Shown: piece after piece, positions 1-13,834 of the stretch
Layout: each line of letters begins with the position of its first letter
How positions within the stretch are numbered: position 1 is the first letter of the stretch
Source of the DNA: Octopus bimaculoides
Taxonomy: Eukaryota
DNA: 64,000 bases
Assembly (NCBI RefSeq): GCF_001194135.2
Contig: NC_068986.1
Coordinates: 20,553,349-20,617,348, forward strand
Direction: 5' to 3'
Notes under the pieces: generated by a model
Seen by the model: the letters and a program-made list of their open reading frames with translations, nothing else
The model's database searches: none
Told to the model about the DNA's origin: nothing
Program-made: the position numbers and the translations under genes

Positions 1-1084
1 GCTTCTAAACTTTCTGAAGATTTTTGGCTATTTAGGATCAATAAAATCGTTCGTCAGCAGGCTACACATTTGAAGGGGCACAGTCGGTTGAATCAATCTC
101 AGTACATGAGTGGTACTTATCGACCCCAGGGATAAGATCATAGTACCGGTAAATGAAACTGCTTCTAGCATTCTTTGCCTTCATAAATAATAGACCAGAA
201 GCAAACAAGATTTACTGGTGTAAATAATTCCATGAAGCTGGAATTTAAGAAAAATGGAGAGGAAGAGACATTGAATACTCAGTGTTCATCCTAATATGAA
301 TAAAAAACCTTTAAGATTATGTAAAATATATATGCCAGAATCTATCTTATTTGATTTAATATACTTAAATGTTGTCAGCAATTGAATATTTAGTAGTATA
401 TCAATCAAATCTGAAGTCAGTGAGAAATCTTTGAACTGAAGGGGTTCAATATCTGATAAAATTGGTTATTGTTGTGAACAAATAGCTAAGCTGGAACTAG
501 TTTAGATTCCTTGTTGAAGCTAATAGAATTACCATTGAAAAAGCATGAACCTCACACATTCCTTTTCATTCCATTGTTTAGTTGTAAATCAATGATTATT
601 ATTGGCTGTATTTTATCTACATAATTTTTTAAATGACGTAGACTTGTAGTTTGTGAAATCTAAGAATAAATACATCATCAATATGTGTGGTATATTTATT
701 TCTCATCTCTGGATGTTTGAAGTAATGATTATGAAAAACGGCATCAAAATTGAAATACTTCTAATTGTTAGTAGATTGTCAACCAAAATCTCCATCAACT
801 TCTAGTCTTCAAAATAAGTATTTTAACATATACGTTAGAGGTTAGACAAAAGAAAAAAAAATACCATTTGAGTTTTTTATCTATGATTTGTTGTTTCATT
901 TGAAAAGTGAACTGGAATAAAAACATTTCAAAACTAATTATTTTGTTGTGTTAGTTATGAGCTGTTTTCATTCTATTCATGTGTATATGTGTTCATGTAT
1001 TATTGGTTGAAAAAATGGAAAAAAATAAGAATAAAATCATTTTAGTAAAAGTTAAATAATGCAAAAAAATTTGAGACACATTAA

Positions 1085-1485
1085 TATGGTATGGCTATGT
1101 GATTGAAAAACTTGCTTCCCAACTGTGTGGTTTTGAGTTCAGTTCCGCTGTACAGCACCTAGGGCAATTGTCTTCTACTTAGGCTCCAGGCCATCCAAAG
1201 CCTTGTAAGTGGATTTGGTAGATTGAAACTGAAAGAAGCTTGTATGTATGTGTGCGTGCGTTTGTGTTTACCTATGCCTTGACAGGAGATAGTTGTAAAT
1301 GAGCATCACTGTCGTACAATGTTTAACATCTGTGAAGAACATGGCTGGTAACGAGGAAATGTTACCTTGCTTGGAAACAGAAAAGGTTAATGAAAGCAAG
1401 GGTATCTGGCTGTAGGAGAATTTGCCTCAAAGAATATTCTGCCTGACCCATGCAAGCACAGGAACTTAGATGTTGAAATGTCGAT
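1085..1485 (+). mobile_element. tRNA-derived SINE, abundant family (…cttcccaac…gttcagt…gggcaa…gccttg…gtggatttggtag…aaactgaaagaagc)
   Basis: The same diagnostic words recur near 4190, 5226, 11620, 12392, 17930(-), 19930, 44800, 51620, 57560, 58495, 60280(-) and 61310(-). Boundaries are approximate. Confidence 0.75.
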
Positions 1486-1709
1486 CACTTTTTAATATGA
1501 AATAACAACATATCATTTAGGAGTTTTTTTTTGTTTCCACTGAATCAACTTCAACTATGTTGCTCTTTATGAGAATTAGCTTATTCTTTGCCAACAAAGA
1601 TTGATGGAAACTATTCCACTTCAAGTTGCCACATTCCAATCCCACCTCAGTGTTGTGTATGTGCAATTTAATTCATAGATAACTCTGCCCAGAATCACTT
1701 GCCTGTCTT

Positions 1710-1741
<32 letters not shown>

Positions 1742-1749
1742 TATACACG

Positions 1750-1827
<78 letters not shown>

Positions 1828-1828
1828 A
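1710..1828. repeat. Compound (GT)n/(AT)n/(CA)n microsatellite
   Basis: Read directly from the sequence. Confidence 0.95.
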
Positions 1829-2856
1829 TCTCATCATTGTTTAATGTATACCTTCCATGCTGGTATGGGTTGAATGGTTTGACAAGAGCCGGTCAGGTAC
1901 AAGACTACACCAAGTTACTGTCTGTTTTGGCATGGATTTTACAGTTGGATGCCCTTCATAACATCAACCACTCCATAGAGTGGACTGATTGCTTTCTTTG
2001 TGGCACCAGTACAGGCGAGGTCAGTTTTGGCATGGCTTTCACTGCTGGATGCCCTCCTAAATGCCAACCACTTCACAGTTTGGACAGAATGCTTTTTACA
2101 TGGCACCAGTGGAGGGTCTTAAGTTCTTTGTCTCAAATTGGTTGCAGTAAGTAGCTTCCACTATATATAAAATAGATGATGTGGTCCTTGATCAGATATT
2201 TAGAGATCTCCAACACACTTATGTGCGGAGAAAAAGATTCACCCTCTTAGGTACAGTGTTTGACTAATGTAAACACTTGTAGTTGCATGGATTTGTCGTC
2301 AGTTTTGTACGTCTTTTTTTCCCCCCAGTTTTAGAGTCTTTGCGTTTGGATGAAATGCCCTGAAGTATCACTCTATTAAATACTAATCCATTTCTCTCCA
2401 TGTTCTTATTTTGTGTACATTGACATACTAACTAGCATTACCCTTTCTCCTACACAGGTAATGTTCCTCATCCATGCACAACCTCACACAAGACTTGGCA
2501 CTGCTTTCACAAAACAGTAATTTCAAATCCTTCAATGAGAACTTACCTTTTTGGGCACACTCACTTATTACACATGTCAAGGAAATAGTTTTACATCACA
2601 GCCTTCTTATTTATAAAAACAAATTCCTCTTCTAGACCTTACGCACTTTGACTTTCCCTTTTAATATCACTTACACCATTTGGAAGACTGGGTTTTATTT
2701 TCAGGACTATGAGATATTTTTGTTCTGATCAGTTACCATTTTATAAAGCGCAAGTGTGTATAGATATTTGGGAAAGTGCTGTTGTTGTACACATATAAAC
2801 ATCTGCTTTAACAGTCACTCAACTGATTACGTTCACCAATCCCATATATATAAGAA

Positions 2857-3478
2857 CCATCTCTTCTCCCACCATTATGACTTCTCTGAACTCGTAAACT
2901 CCATTCTGCTCCCACTCAGAGCTTAAAGTTTTATCCTTTCATCATCTCTTTGTAATTCTAACTCCTTTCCCCACTCCTCTGCTCAATATTTTTTAGTGTC
3001 TAATCATCCCTTTAGAATTTGTTCTTCTTTGACCGGCAGAAGTTGAAACTAAGCACAGAAATTATGTAAGAGGATAGCTTAAATGGTAGAACATGAGAAA
3101 ATGCTTTACAGAATTTTGTTAAAATCTGGCAGCTTTCCTTTTTGTCTCTCTTGGGTAGTTGTGAACTGAGGTCCTTTAAATTGATTTGACCTCTATCTAA
3201 AAATGTTGCCTTTTGCCAATGTCTGCAGTCTCCCTCCCTCTTTCTCTCTCTCTCCCTTCTCTCAGCATTTACAGCATCCAGCTGTAAAAGCCTTGCCAAA
3301 ACTAACCTTGCCTGTGCTTGTGCCATGTAAAAAGTTCACTCTGCTGAGTGGTTGGTGTTAGGAAGGGTATCCAGCTGTAAAGATCCTGCCAAAACAGTCA
3401 CAGAAGTCTGGTGCAGGCTTCTGCCTGGTCGGTTCCTGTCAAACTGTCCCAGCATGGAAGGCAGATGTTAAACGATAG
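2857..3478 (+). mobile_element. Retroelement 3' fragment with RTE-type tail; inverted homolog of 18025-18782
   Basis: High identity by eye (~85-90%) to the reverse complement of 18025-18782 once the nested SINE is removed. Confidence 0.75.
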
Positions 3479-4315
3479 CCTCTACAGCTGGATATCCTTT
3501 GTAATGCCAACATTACAATGAACTGTAATTTTTTTCATGGCACCAATACTATGGAGGTTGCTAAGAAACTTGCTTAAATAAAGAGGACTCTTGTCTGATT
3601 GGGTGTTTGGTAAGGAGGAGAGCAACTTTACACGAGGTGTTTAGTGGTTAAAGTATGCTACAAGGGATGGGGACAATTTTCTTGCTGTAGAGGAGATATA
3701 TAGATACCTCGCATTATGTGTGTGTGTGGGTGAGTAATTAGGTTGGAGTGGATTAGAGAACTAGAAATAATTGCAATGATGTCTGTGGTCTCAAGTACAA
3801 GGCGGAATAAAAGTGTGGGTGCAAGTCAGATAGATTGCAGGAGTGTATGGGCTGAGTGAGAGATGGCTTGAGATGTGAGAAGTGAACAAGAGTGGAATGG
3901 GAGTTAGTGGAAACTGTGTTGGAAGGGAGTTGGGCGAGGGGAAGGAGTGACTGACAGTTCAGAAAGGGTGAAAAGTAACAAAATAGTAATAGAGTGGATG
4001 GGGGAAAGATGATGGAAAGGAAGGTGATGGGTGGGTGGTGAATGTGAGACATGTAGTGATAAGATGCAGTCAGAGGTACACAGGGTTAAAGTGAAATGGC
4101 TCAGATGAAATCAAACTTGTGATGACAGTACTGAAGTTGACAGTCTAGCTCTACAAAAATCTACAAAAGGCTGTATATATATGTATATAGGTGCAGTTGT
4201 GTGGTAAGAAGCTTACTTCCTAACCACATGGCTCAAGGTTCAGTCCCACTGTGTGGCACCTTGGGCAAGTGTTTTCTACTAAAGCTTTGGGCTGTCCAAA
4301 GCCTGAAAGAAGCGC

Positions 4316-4354
<39 letters not shown>

Positions 4355-4678
4355 TCATCGTCGTTTAACGTCCGCTTTCCATGCTAGCATGGGTTGGACG
4401 ATTTGACTGAGGACTGGTGAAACCAGATGGCTACACCAGGCTCCAATCTGATTTGGCAGAGTTTCTACAGCTGAATGCCCTTCCTAACGCCAACCATGTA
4501 TATATGTCTATGTGTCTTTGGTATGTTTTTGTCCCTGTAACTTAGCTGTTTGGCAAAAGAGACCAATAGAATAAGTACTAGGCTTAAAAAACACAAGTCC
4601 TGGAGTTGATTGTTCGACTAAAACTCTCCAAAGTAGTGCTTCAACATGGCTGCAGTTAATAGATGAACAACTAAAAGA

Positions 4679-4709
<31 letters not shown>

Positions 4710-4725
4710 NNNNNNNNNNAAAGAG

Positions 4726-4757
<32 letters not shown>

Positions 4758-5080
4758 TAAAAGTTTTAAGAGTTGAAGTACTTTGTTAATGAAGTCATTT
4801 GACAGTTCAGATAAAAAGTTATGTCTAGTATGTACATAATAAATACTAGACATCTATATTTTGTAAAAATCTACATGGTTCCAAGGCTAGTTTAAAATAG
4901 TTTTTGCTATTTATGTACAATATGTCTAAGTAGTGATGTTGCTTTGGTGTAGTGGTTATCACAGCTTAGAAGTGTTAATCATTGTCAAGTGTTCAAATTT
5001 GTCCTGGCAGTGTCACAGCTTTTCTTCATTGTCTGCTGTATTCTCTCTCTCACACATATACATCTGAGTGGTTGTGTGTA

Positions 5081-5116
<36 letters not shown>

Positions 5117-6589
5117 CATACACATACATACACACACCCACCCACTTATGCGCTTAAAACTAGAAGTGATTATCTCCCCTTGAATAGCAGCAGTCAGCCA
5201 TTTGTACACACACCCACACCCACAGACATGGAGGTGTGGTTCAGAAGCTTGCTTCCCAGCTCTGTGGTTCTAGGTTCTAATCTGCTGCATGCTACTTTGG
5301 TTAAGTGTCTTTGACCATAGCCCCTTTTCAACTAAACCCTTGTGAATGGATTTTGTTAACAGAAACTGAAAGAATCCCATTTAATGTTTTCCTACCATGC
5401 TGGCTTAAGTTGGATGGTTATACAGCAGCTAGCAAACCAGAAGACTGCCGAGCTCTACAGTTTGCTTTGGATATAGCTTCTATGGCTAGATGCCCTTCCT
5501 AATGCCAACTACTTTACAGATTGTACTGGGTGCTTTTTATGTAGCATCAACAAGGTCACCAAGTAACTTGCAAGAAAAGATCCCCCAACTGAGGGGGAAG
5601 TAGTGTAGAGGAAGATGACCTTGTTCCAGGTGATGAAAGGTTAGATTATAATAGAGGGATAGAAACTGGTATTTTGCATAGAGGAGATACATGGCTACCT
5701 CAGTTGGAAGAAAAGAGAGAAGAGTGTGCACTTGTGTATACAAGCATTACTGTCATCCAAGCAGTTTTCCATAAAAATGTCTGGCCATGAGGAAATGTGA
5801 AGTTGTAAACAAGAAGGGCATATGGCTGTAGAAAATCTACTGCAATGAATTTTGTGTGATGATATGGACTTTTTGGGAGTTAATCTTGGATGGTGGGGAG
5901 CAATGTGTAATATGTTTGTGTGGTAGATGAAAAAATATCTTTATGGATAATGCAATCTGGTGGGTAGCAAAAAGTTTGTTAGGAGAAAGTAGTACTAGAA
6001 TAAAGAGTTAGGAAAGGAAACAAGCACATGTTTTGTAGGCAGTGGGTGGTAATAACAATTTTATTCTGGGTTGACTGGTAACAAAAAAAAAAATATATGA
6101 AATTCCTGTTGAATTGCATTGCTTTTATTTCAATTGAGTTTGAATATAATGAATTTAGTAAAATAACTGTCATTGTTAAGCTAGTATTTGGAACATGAAT
6201 TAACATGAAAATTTGATGGAAAATTTTCATTTAAATCACTTTGAATAGGATGTTTGTTACACAGAACCAAGGGTGGTCTTGGGTGGGTAGGTATCAAAAG
6301 GGTTAAAGCTCTGTTGAACCTGTTTGGGTGGCTTCTGCTAAATTGTTTGGATTATTGATAGTTATTTGTGAGGACTCATCCAAGCATGTATACAAATACA
6401 GGTACTGGAAGTTTGATTTGTGCAGGTCACTTTCATTAGTGTTGAAAGCTTGTTGAATTCAGTTAGATGGGTAGACGGTTATAGTGTTGGAAATTAATGG
6501 TTGATTTTTAAGCCATTGTTAGGGTTCATTCAAGCGTGTGTGTATATATGTGTATATATATAACAATGAAGAAATAAGTGATATAGATA

Positions 6590-7750
6590 TCCACTTTATA
6601 CAGCTCAACCAATTAGCACTCTGATAAAGCTTAACAAAATTCTCCATGGTATACAATATACCATGCACTCATCTATATGATATATAAAAAATTTATAAGA
6701 ATTTATAAATACATACATATGTACGAAAATTTATAAATATATAAGAATTCATAGACATATAAAAATTTATAAACACATAAAAATTCATAAATATAAATAT
6801 ATAAAAATATAAGCCCATAAATGTACTTGCAAAGTCCGAATGTTCGAATTTGAATCAATGAAGAGAAAGATAATAAGCGAATGTAAAATGATTCATAAGG
6901 AATCTAAAACATGTATAAAATCTTATGGCCGTTTCGAAAAAATATAGGTTGCTATGGGTGGGCTAACTCCAACCATAGTAATTTTCTATATTTCTCTCAT
7001 CAGAGTTAATAGATTCACAAGGTTAAAACTTTGATAGAAATGGTAGGTTAGATGATTTTTAAAAACCGAATGTTTAATCGGACCGTTCTCTTCAAGCAGA
7101 TGTTAAAAGGCTAAAGTGCATTATGATGCTATATATACTATAAAGTTTTTGAAGAGTCCATAATATGAAGTAAGGCTAGATTAGGATCCTATAGTTTAAT
7201 TAATTTTGGTGAAAAATTCAAAAGTTGGAAGATATTTGTGTCTACAGGTAATTATAACGTCATATATCTTAAGTAAACTATTTTTGTTGGCTTGGATTAT
7301 GTGGATTGCCTCCTTCGTGCATAAATCACAATTCTTCGTGTGTGTATTATATGTGTGGCTTCCCTTATAGACTAATTCAGACTGAATTCTTTATTGTTTG
7401 TTTTTAATTTATTGATTTAGGTTGCTAGTGTGGTTGCTTTGTTTCCTGGTTAGTGAAAGAGTTTATATGCGCCCTGTATCTACTTTTAAAGTCAGTTGTA
7501 CTACCTATGAAAATCTTTTTAGGTTCATTTAGGACTGATTTCAACTTTATATATGGTATTTCTCATTAAACAGAGCCTTTAAGGGGACAAAATTCACTAT
7601 TACAACAATTACATTTTTATTTTGTTTCCTGGTTTTGTCTTACTATTTTTAATATCCATGTTCTTATTATTGTTCTTTGTGTTAGGAGGGTCAGCTTAGT
7701 TAACTCTATTGGTTTCATTATTTCTAAGTTTGTCTATTATTGGCTGCAAT
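6590..7750 (-). mobile_element. Penelope-like retroelement remnant (GIY-YIG endonuclease and 3' region)
   Basis: Minus strand 7560-7290 reads NTIYKVEIS / KKIFIGSTTDFKSRYRAHINSF … NCDLCTKEAIHII, frameshifted; typical Penelope GIY-YIG signature. Confidence 0.7.
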
Positions 7751-8120
7751 GATAGATCCAAGATTGGGTGTGGTAGAATAGGATAATTTAAGATGTATGT
7801 ATGTATATATATGTAGGTATATATGTGTGTGTGTGCGCGCAACAGGTTAGATTTGTATAGGAGCACAGGTCAGTGATAGGTCAGATTCAGTGATTTATGT
7901 TTAAATGTTACATTTGAATATTTTCAATTATGAATTTCTACTGGCTTTGTAGAAATTTAGGTATTATTATTTGATGTCAATATAGATTTTTTCCTCTTTA
8001 GCAGTTGGATGCATGTACACACGTTTGCAACTATAGCTTTATTGTGCATCTTCATTGGTTAGTATACATATATCTCTTTATACACACAAAATGTACGTTT
8101 GTGTGTATATAGATATTATC

Positions 8121-9290
8121 ACATCATCATTGTTTAATGTCCGTTTTCCATGCTGGCATGAGTTGGATGGTTTCACAAGAGTTGTCCTGACTCCAATTGT
8201 CTCTTGTGGCATGGTTTCTATGGCTGGATGCCCTTCCTAATGCTAACCACTTTACTGAGTGTGCTGAGTGCGTTTACACAGCACCGATGTGTGTGCATTT
8301 TGTGTGGCACCAGCACCTGTAAAGGACAAGCCTGTATGTGTGGATGACAGTACAATGAATTGCCATAACTCTTGTGTCCTTGTCAATTCCTCAGTGTCTG
8401 AAGATTCTTTAACACTTTGTCCCATGTCTTCCTGGGCCTACCCCTCCCCCAGGTTCCTTCCACAGTGGCTGTCCCTCATCCATACACATCATGTGACCAA
8501 ACCAGTGCAGTCTTCTCTCTTTCACACAACATCTGCTTCATATATGTAGTTTTCCTCTTAAATCATTTACACTCTATCGTGTATACACACTGATATTACC
8601 CCTCCAGTGGAGTATGTTAGCTTCCTTTTTTTCAAGCCTTCACAAGTCCCCACTAGTCATAACCCATGTCTCACTGCCATGTAACATAACAGTATGTGTA
8701 GAGGCATCATGCAATCTGCCTCTCTCTCTGAGAGAGGGGCCTTTAGTTACCAACAAAGGTGGAAGCTTTCTGAACTTTGCCCATTCTGTTCTTATTCTAG
8801 CAACTACACTTTCAGAACTTCCTCCTCCACTGCTAACTTGATCACCCCGAGCATTTGTGGGAGTCGATTGTCTGCACGTTTTTAGTGCTTATTGTACCTG
8901 CACATTTGTCACACACAGACTATTTTCTCTGTTAACCTTCCTGTGATTCTGCTACACCTCGTATGTGTCGACAAGTGGCGGCTGAGAACTGATCCTTGGT
9001 GATCTACCTGTATACTGAATTCATTGCTATACTCGCTGCCAACCATCACCTTACTGGCAGCATCCCTGTACATGGTTTGTACAGCTCTCACTAACCACTC
9101 CTCTGTCTCTAGCTTCCACATTGACCACCAAGTAAGGGAGTGGAAATCCCTGTCAAAGGTTTTCTCAGTTTCAACAGCTAAATACTTCTGCAGTTGCTTT
9201 ATTGGGTATATAACATCAGTCATGCTTCAGACACAAAACCAAACTGCATCTCATTTAGGCTAACTCTTCCTAATTAGTTGAGTTGTAACC
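8121..9290 (-). mobile_element. RTE-clade LINE 3' fragment (decayed reverse transcriptase plus tail)
   Basis: ORF 8909..9223(-) EKTFDRDFHSLTWWSMWKL…EEWLVRAVQTMYRDAASKV…HQGSVLS is RT-like; (GAT)n-type tail at ~8121. Confidence 0.8.
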
Positions 9291-9449
9291 CTCTCTGTAG
9301 CTTTCATTACCTGGTGCAGCAATTTCATACCTATGTAACTATTTCTGTCTTTGTAGCAGTTGACTTTGGTACTGCTGTACCAGTCGTTGCGTATGACTTC
9401 TTTGTGGACAACATTGTTAGTTCAAATCCCATTCCGCCAGGTGTTTTAA

Positions 9450-9482
<33 letters not shown>

Positions 9483-9989
9483 TATAAAATACAAAACCTG
9501 ATTTTACACACACACATAGTGGTATATATTCATAGACCTATCCACATGTAAATGTGTACACTTACAAATACATGTACTTGTGATGGGTGTTAATAAATAT
9601 GCAAAAATAAACAGATGTCTTCAAAGACATTGCTGCATGATCATACATACACGTGTAAGCATAAATATAAACATGTAGACACACACACACACACACACAT
9701 CATTATCGTCGTCATCGTTTAATATCTATATTCCATGTTAACATGGGATAAATGGTTTGACATGATCCAATGAACCAGAGTGCTACTTTGTGCTCCATTG
9801 TCACCTTTTGTAAGATTTCTATGGCTAGATACCCTTCATAATGACAACCCTCACACATCTATACACACATACATAAATTGTATATATAAAGATATATATT
9901 CACATGTATACAAACAAATATGTATACATGTATGTACATATAGTTATACATGTATATATACTTACACCTGTATTCAAAATGTTTACTTA

Positions 9990-11228
9990 AGGGTGTTCAG
10001 GCCAAGTTTGACAGTTCGCATAAAAGAAAAAAAGCATTAATATCCAGTCCAAAAATAAAAAGTATTTTAAAATTTCAAAATATCTCAACTAGATTATGGC
10101 TAGGAGATAGCAGTTTACTCAAGGTAACCACCCTCATTTTCCACCTTGGTCTTCTTTATGGTGTCCCTTGGAAGATCTTTGAACACCTTGATTTTGGCCA
10201 TGAGCTCGACGTTGATGTTGTAGGTTGAGTGATTGTTGTCATTTGCAACTGTACCCAACACAAAGTAATCTATAGGATTATAATTGGGGGAATTAAGTGG
10301 CCAGAAATTGGGGCTGCCTAAATTGTAGAAATTCTCTAATAACTACTTTTAGCTCTGTTTTTGGAGGTATGGTTAGGAGCTGAATCCTACTACCACACAT
10401 ATGGCCTTTCAGCAGCTTTATGTCGACATCTGAATTGAGCCTAAGTGCCTGTTCAAAGAAGTGGGGCAGCATGACATCTCCCCTACTTAACACCTAAGAC
10501 CATCAGAGTTTGAGGGAACTTCCCCCAAGACAATCAGTTTGAGGGAACTTGGTTTTTATGATATGTGGGATAGCACTTGGTTTGTAGGCAAGCCACCTGT
10601 TCTGGGTGTTATGCAACTGGTCCTGGCAGAAGTTCTTTTCATCTGAAAAATCAGATCATCTCCAATTTCAACAGGATCCCTCAGCTTGTTCAGGAGCTTC
10701 TTTGCCTTCATTAAGTGGTTCTCCTTGGCCTTGTGCCTCTTGTATATGTGGTAGTGAAGATCCTCATTTAGGGCGACTCCCAACAGTTTCCCTTTGCCAA
10801 AACCTGGATTCCTCTGCTTGGATTTTTCATCTTATCCTGCTGTTGTTGGATGAATTCTAACATGAATGCAGCCAGAACATCCGCTGTGTCCCTTCCTGCT
10901 AGCCATGGCTTTGTAGTCTCTATTGTAGATTTCCGTGTCTCACCTTACAGCCTTTACAGTATTCACAGAGCATTAAGCAGCAGTTATGATGTTAGCATTT
11001 TGCTACTTGGTACAGGTCATCATGATACTAATAACTTATTTTCAATATTCTGTTTGTCAACTTAAGTTGCTTCTCTTGTATTCAGTTTATGTTTCTTAAC
11101 ATACCTCCTTAAATTCAGGTTCAAGATATGAGATTTTATGGTTGTTAGATTACTGCTGATCTCATGGTCCAATACAAATCCTCAAAAACAAATTTATGGG
11201 ACATTTAAAATTTTCACTGAACACTTTT
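9990..11228 (-). mobile_element. Decayed Tc1/mariner-superfamily transposon, maT/DD37D-like
   Basis: Minus-strand fragments NEDLHYHIYKR…KAKKLLNKL, FSDEKNFCQDQLHN, GDVMLPHFFEQALRLNSD, PNYNPIDYFV and ELMAKIK. Possible degenerate TIRs: gggtgttcag at 9991 and ctgaacac at 11217. Confidence 0.7.
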
Positions 11229-11424
11229 CACAGTTGTTTTAGTGTGTTTTGCGTAAATCTGATGTGGATATGTGTTTGTAAACCTACACTCATGCTATAT
11301 TTAATTCTTTCTTGTCAAGAAATTTATTTGATCCATAACCATTCTGTTTCTATCGCACTACTTCTCTTACTTTTGTCTATTTGTCTCTTTTTTTCTGTCT
11401 TCCTTTTTGCTTTGCCTATCTGAT

Positions 11425-11426
<2 letters not shown>

Positions 11427-11469
<43 letters not shown>
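11427..11469. repeat. (TC)n microsatellite
   Basis: Read directly from the sequence. Confidence 0.95.
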
Positions 11470-11472
<3 letters not shown>

Positions 11473-12217
11473 CTTTTCTCTGCCAATCCTGTGTCATAAA
11501 CAAACAACACTCACTGACAATCACAAACATGACGGATTACCTCTATCTATATTATATAAATGTGATCTGTAAAATGTATATCAGATATAAAATCTCTGGT
11601 TTATATGTCAAGCATAGCTGTGTGATTAAGAAATTTACTTTGCAATCTCTTGGTTTTGGATTAAGCCTCATTGTACAGTAATTTGGGGCAAGTGTCGTCT
11701 ACCATTGCTCTAGGTTGATCAATACCTTGTGAGTGAATGTGGTTGACAGAAACTTGATTAAGCCTTCCATGTGTGTGAATCTTGATATTTTGTTTGTCTC
11801 TATGTAAACATAACTGCTAATTTTTACATTCCTTGTTGGCATAACTGGTCCTTCTGCACTTCTGAAAACCAGTGGTATATAAAAAGGGCTGGTGAGTGGA
11901 AGAGCATCTGGTTGCAGAATCCTGCCTCATGGGTTGAATGGGTCTGCTTGCTGAATTTATTTTCGTTTGGTTTGATTTCTATGACCAGTTGCCCTTCCTA
12001 ACATCAGCTGCTTTACAGAGTGCACTGGGTGTGTTTTTGTGACACCAGTTCTTGAGAGGTAACCATGATCTTATCATAACTAAAGTGTCTCTGCTTGCTT
12101 TGTCTGCCTCATTACAGAGAGTGAGAAGCAAAAGTAGTAAACATAAATGACAGTGATGAAAGGGATGTGTGATAGGATGAAAATGAAAACAGTAAATGCT
12201 CTGGGCTTAAAGCAATA

Positions 12218-12268
<51 letters not shown>

Positions 12269-12473
12269 NNNNNNNNNNNNNNNNNNNNNNNNNNNNNNNN
12301 NNNNNNNNNNNNNNNNNNNNNNNNNNNNNNNNNNNNNNNNNNNNNNNNNNNNNNNNNNNNNNNNNNNNNNNNNNNNNNNNNNNNNNNNNNNGCAAGTGTC
12401 TTCTACTATAGCCTCGGGCCGACTAAGGCCTTGTGAGTGGATTTGGTAGATGGAAACTGAAAGTAGCCCATCG

Positions 12474-12521
<48 letters not shown>

Positions 12522-13321
12522 TCCCCCCAACATCGCTTGAGTGATGCCCGATGCTGGTGTGTTTGCGTCCCCATAACTTAGCAGTTCAGCTGGAATTCTC
12601 AGTGTTTACATGTACCAACAAATGTTTGAGTATGTAGCATGGGTTGATCATTATAATTACGCAATCTAAATGACTATCGGCATTATAAATGTCTTGATGT
12701 GTGTAAACCAAATATGGCCACTTCAAGAGAATTTGATTCTGCTGCACAACATACCTGTGAGGACTCTCAATTTCTTGAATTTTAAATGTACATTTTTCCA
12801 CATGTACAAGCTGTGCTTCTACTAGCCAGCTATACTCCCCATTAGGTTTTGCATATATTGTCCATCAAATCAAGAATGGTGATATAAAAGCACAAGAAAT
12901 ATAACCAATGGAAGTGATTTACTTACAGCTTCATTTTAATTACATGTAAACAGCATGTCTCTTCAGTAGCTTTATAGATGATTATGTATACATTGTTACA
13001 GAATTCTAGCTAAATTCTTTAAGTTGTTTACTTGGTGTATATAACTTTACAGGATGAAATAAAATAATCATTCTCTTGTCCATCAAGCTACAGCCATTCA
13101 GCAAGCTCGGTTTTATTTCCTGTTTCAGAAGGAGACTTAGGTCTTTTCTGTGTTGTATCATTCACTTGCAATGTTGCTTCCTTCTTTAGGGGAAAGATAA
13201 TTGATGTAAAGTGTAGGTTGAAAATAGTGATAAACTATGATGTCAAAAACTTGTATGTAAATTAAGATTCTGCCTACTTTTGCAATATCTCAAATACTTT
13301 AGTAATATAAAAGAATGTTAA

Positions 13322-13499
13322 CCCCTTTTGTTACCAGCTCAGCTGAGACTACCCCTGGTTCTGTGATACAAACTTTTTGAAGTGATGTGATTTAAAACTT
13401 TTCAAACAGCAGCTTTATAATGACTGTTATTTTACTGAATTCATCAGTTTTGAAGTTATTTAAAACAGAATTTCAATAGAACTCTGGTAACAAAAAAGA
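13322..13499. mobile_element. piggyBac-type MITE (subfamily 2)
   Basis: TTAA|CCCCTTTTGTTACCAG…CTGGTAACAAAAAAGA|TTAA; related copies at ~6090-6302 and 22533-22747. Confidence 0.65.
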
Positions 13500-13834
13500 T
13501 TAAGTATACTGTCATATAAGGTAACTTCTCGTAAAGCTGCCAATTATTAGTTACGCATTAGAAGCATGTTTAAAAACAAATCTTCTCTTACCTGAGCCGG
13601 TGCAGCAAATGGAACAAGCATAAACATCTGGTTTAATATTTCCCTTTTAATAAAGTTTTAAAACCTAAAGGAAATTTCTTAATGCTAATTAAGAGTACTC
13701 CCTGACCAATCATAAGAACTGAAAATTATTGTTGAGGTCAGTGTACCGAATGGGAAAATATTGGGCACCATTTTCTATGAAAAACAAGGGAAGCAGTTTG
13801 TAGTAGCTGAGTGTCATTACGGGACTAAACAGAC

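Noticed and set aside
1621-2154. ORFs such as MCVCVCV…, HTHTHT… and YIYIYI… (also at 4671, 4982, 9278, 11324, 12080, 20590, 31848, 56992, 57847)
   Set aside because: They are translations of dinucleotide microsatellites and SINE tails, with no protein features.
4673-4752. Apparent direct repeat AAAGAGT(AT)n on both sides of an N run
   Set aside because: Most likely an assembly overlap artefact at a microsatellite, not a true duplication.
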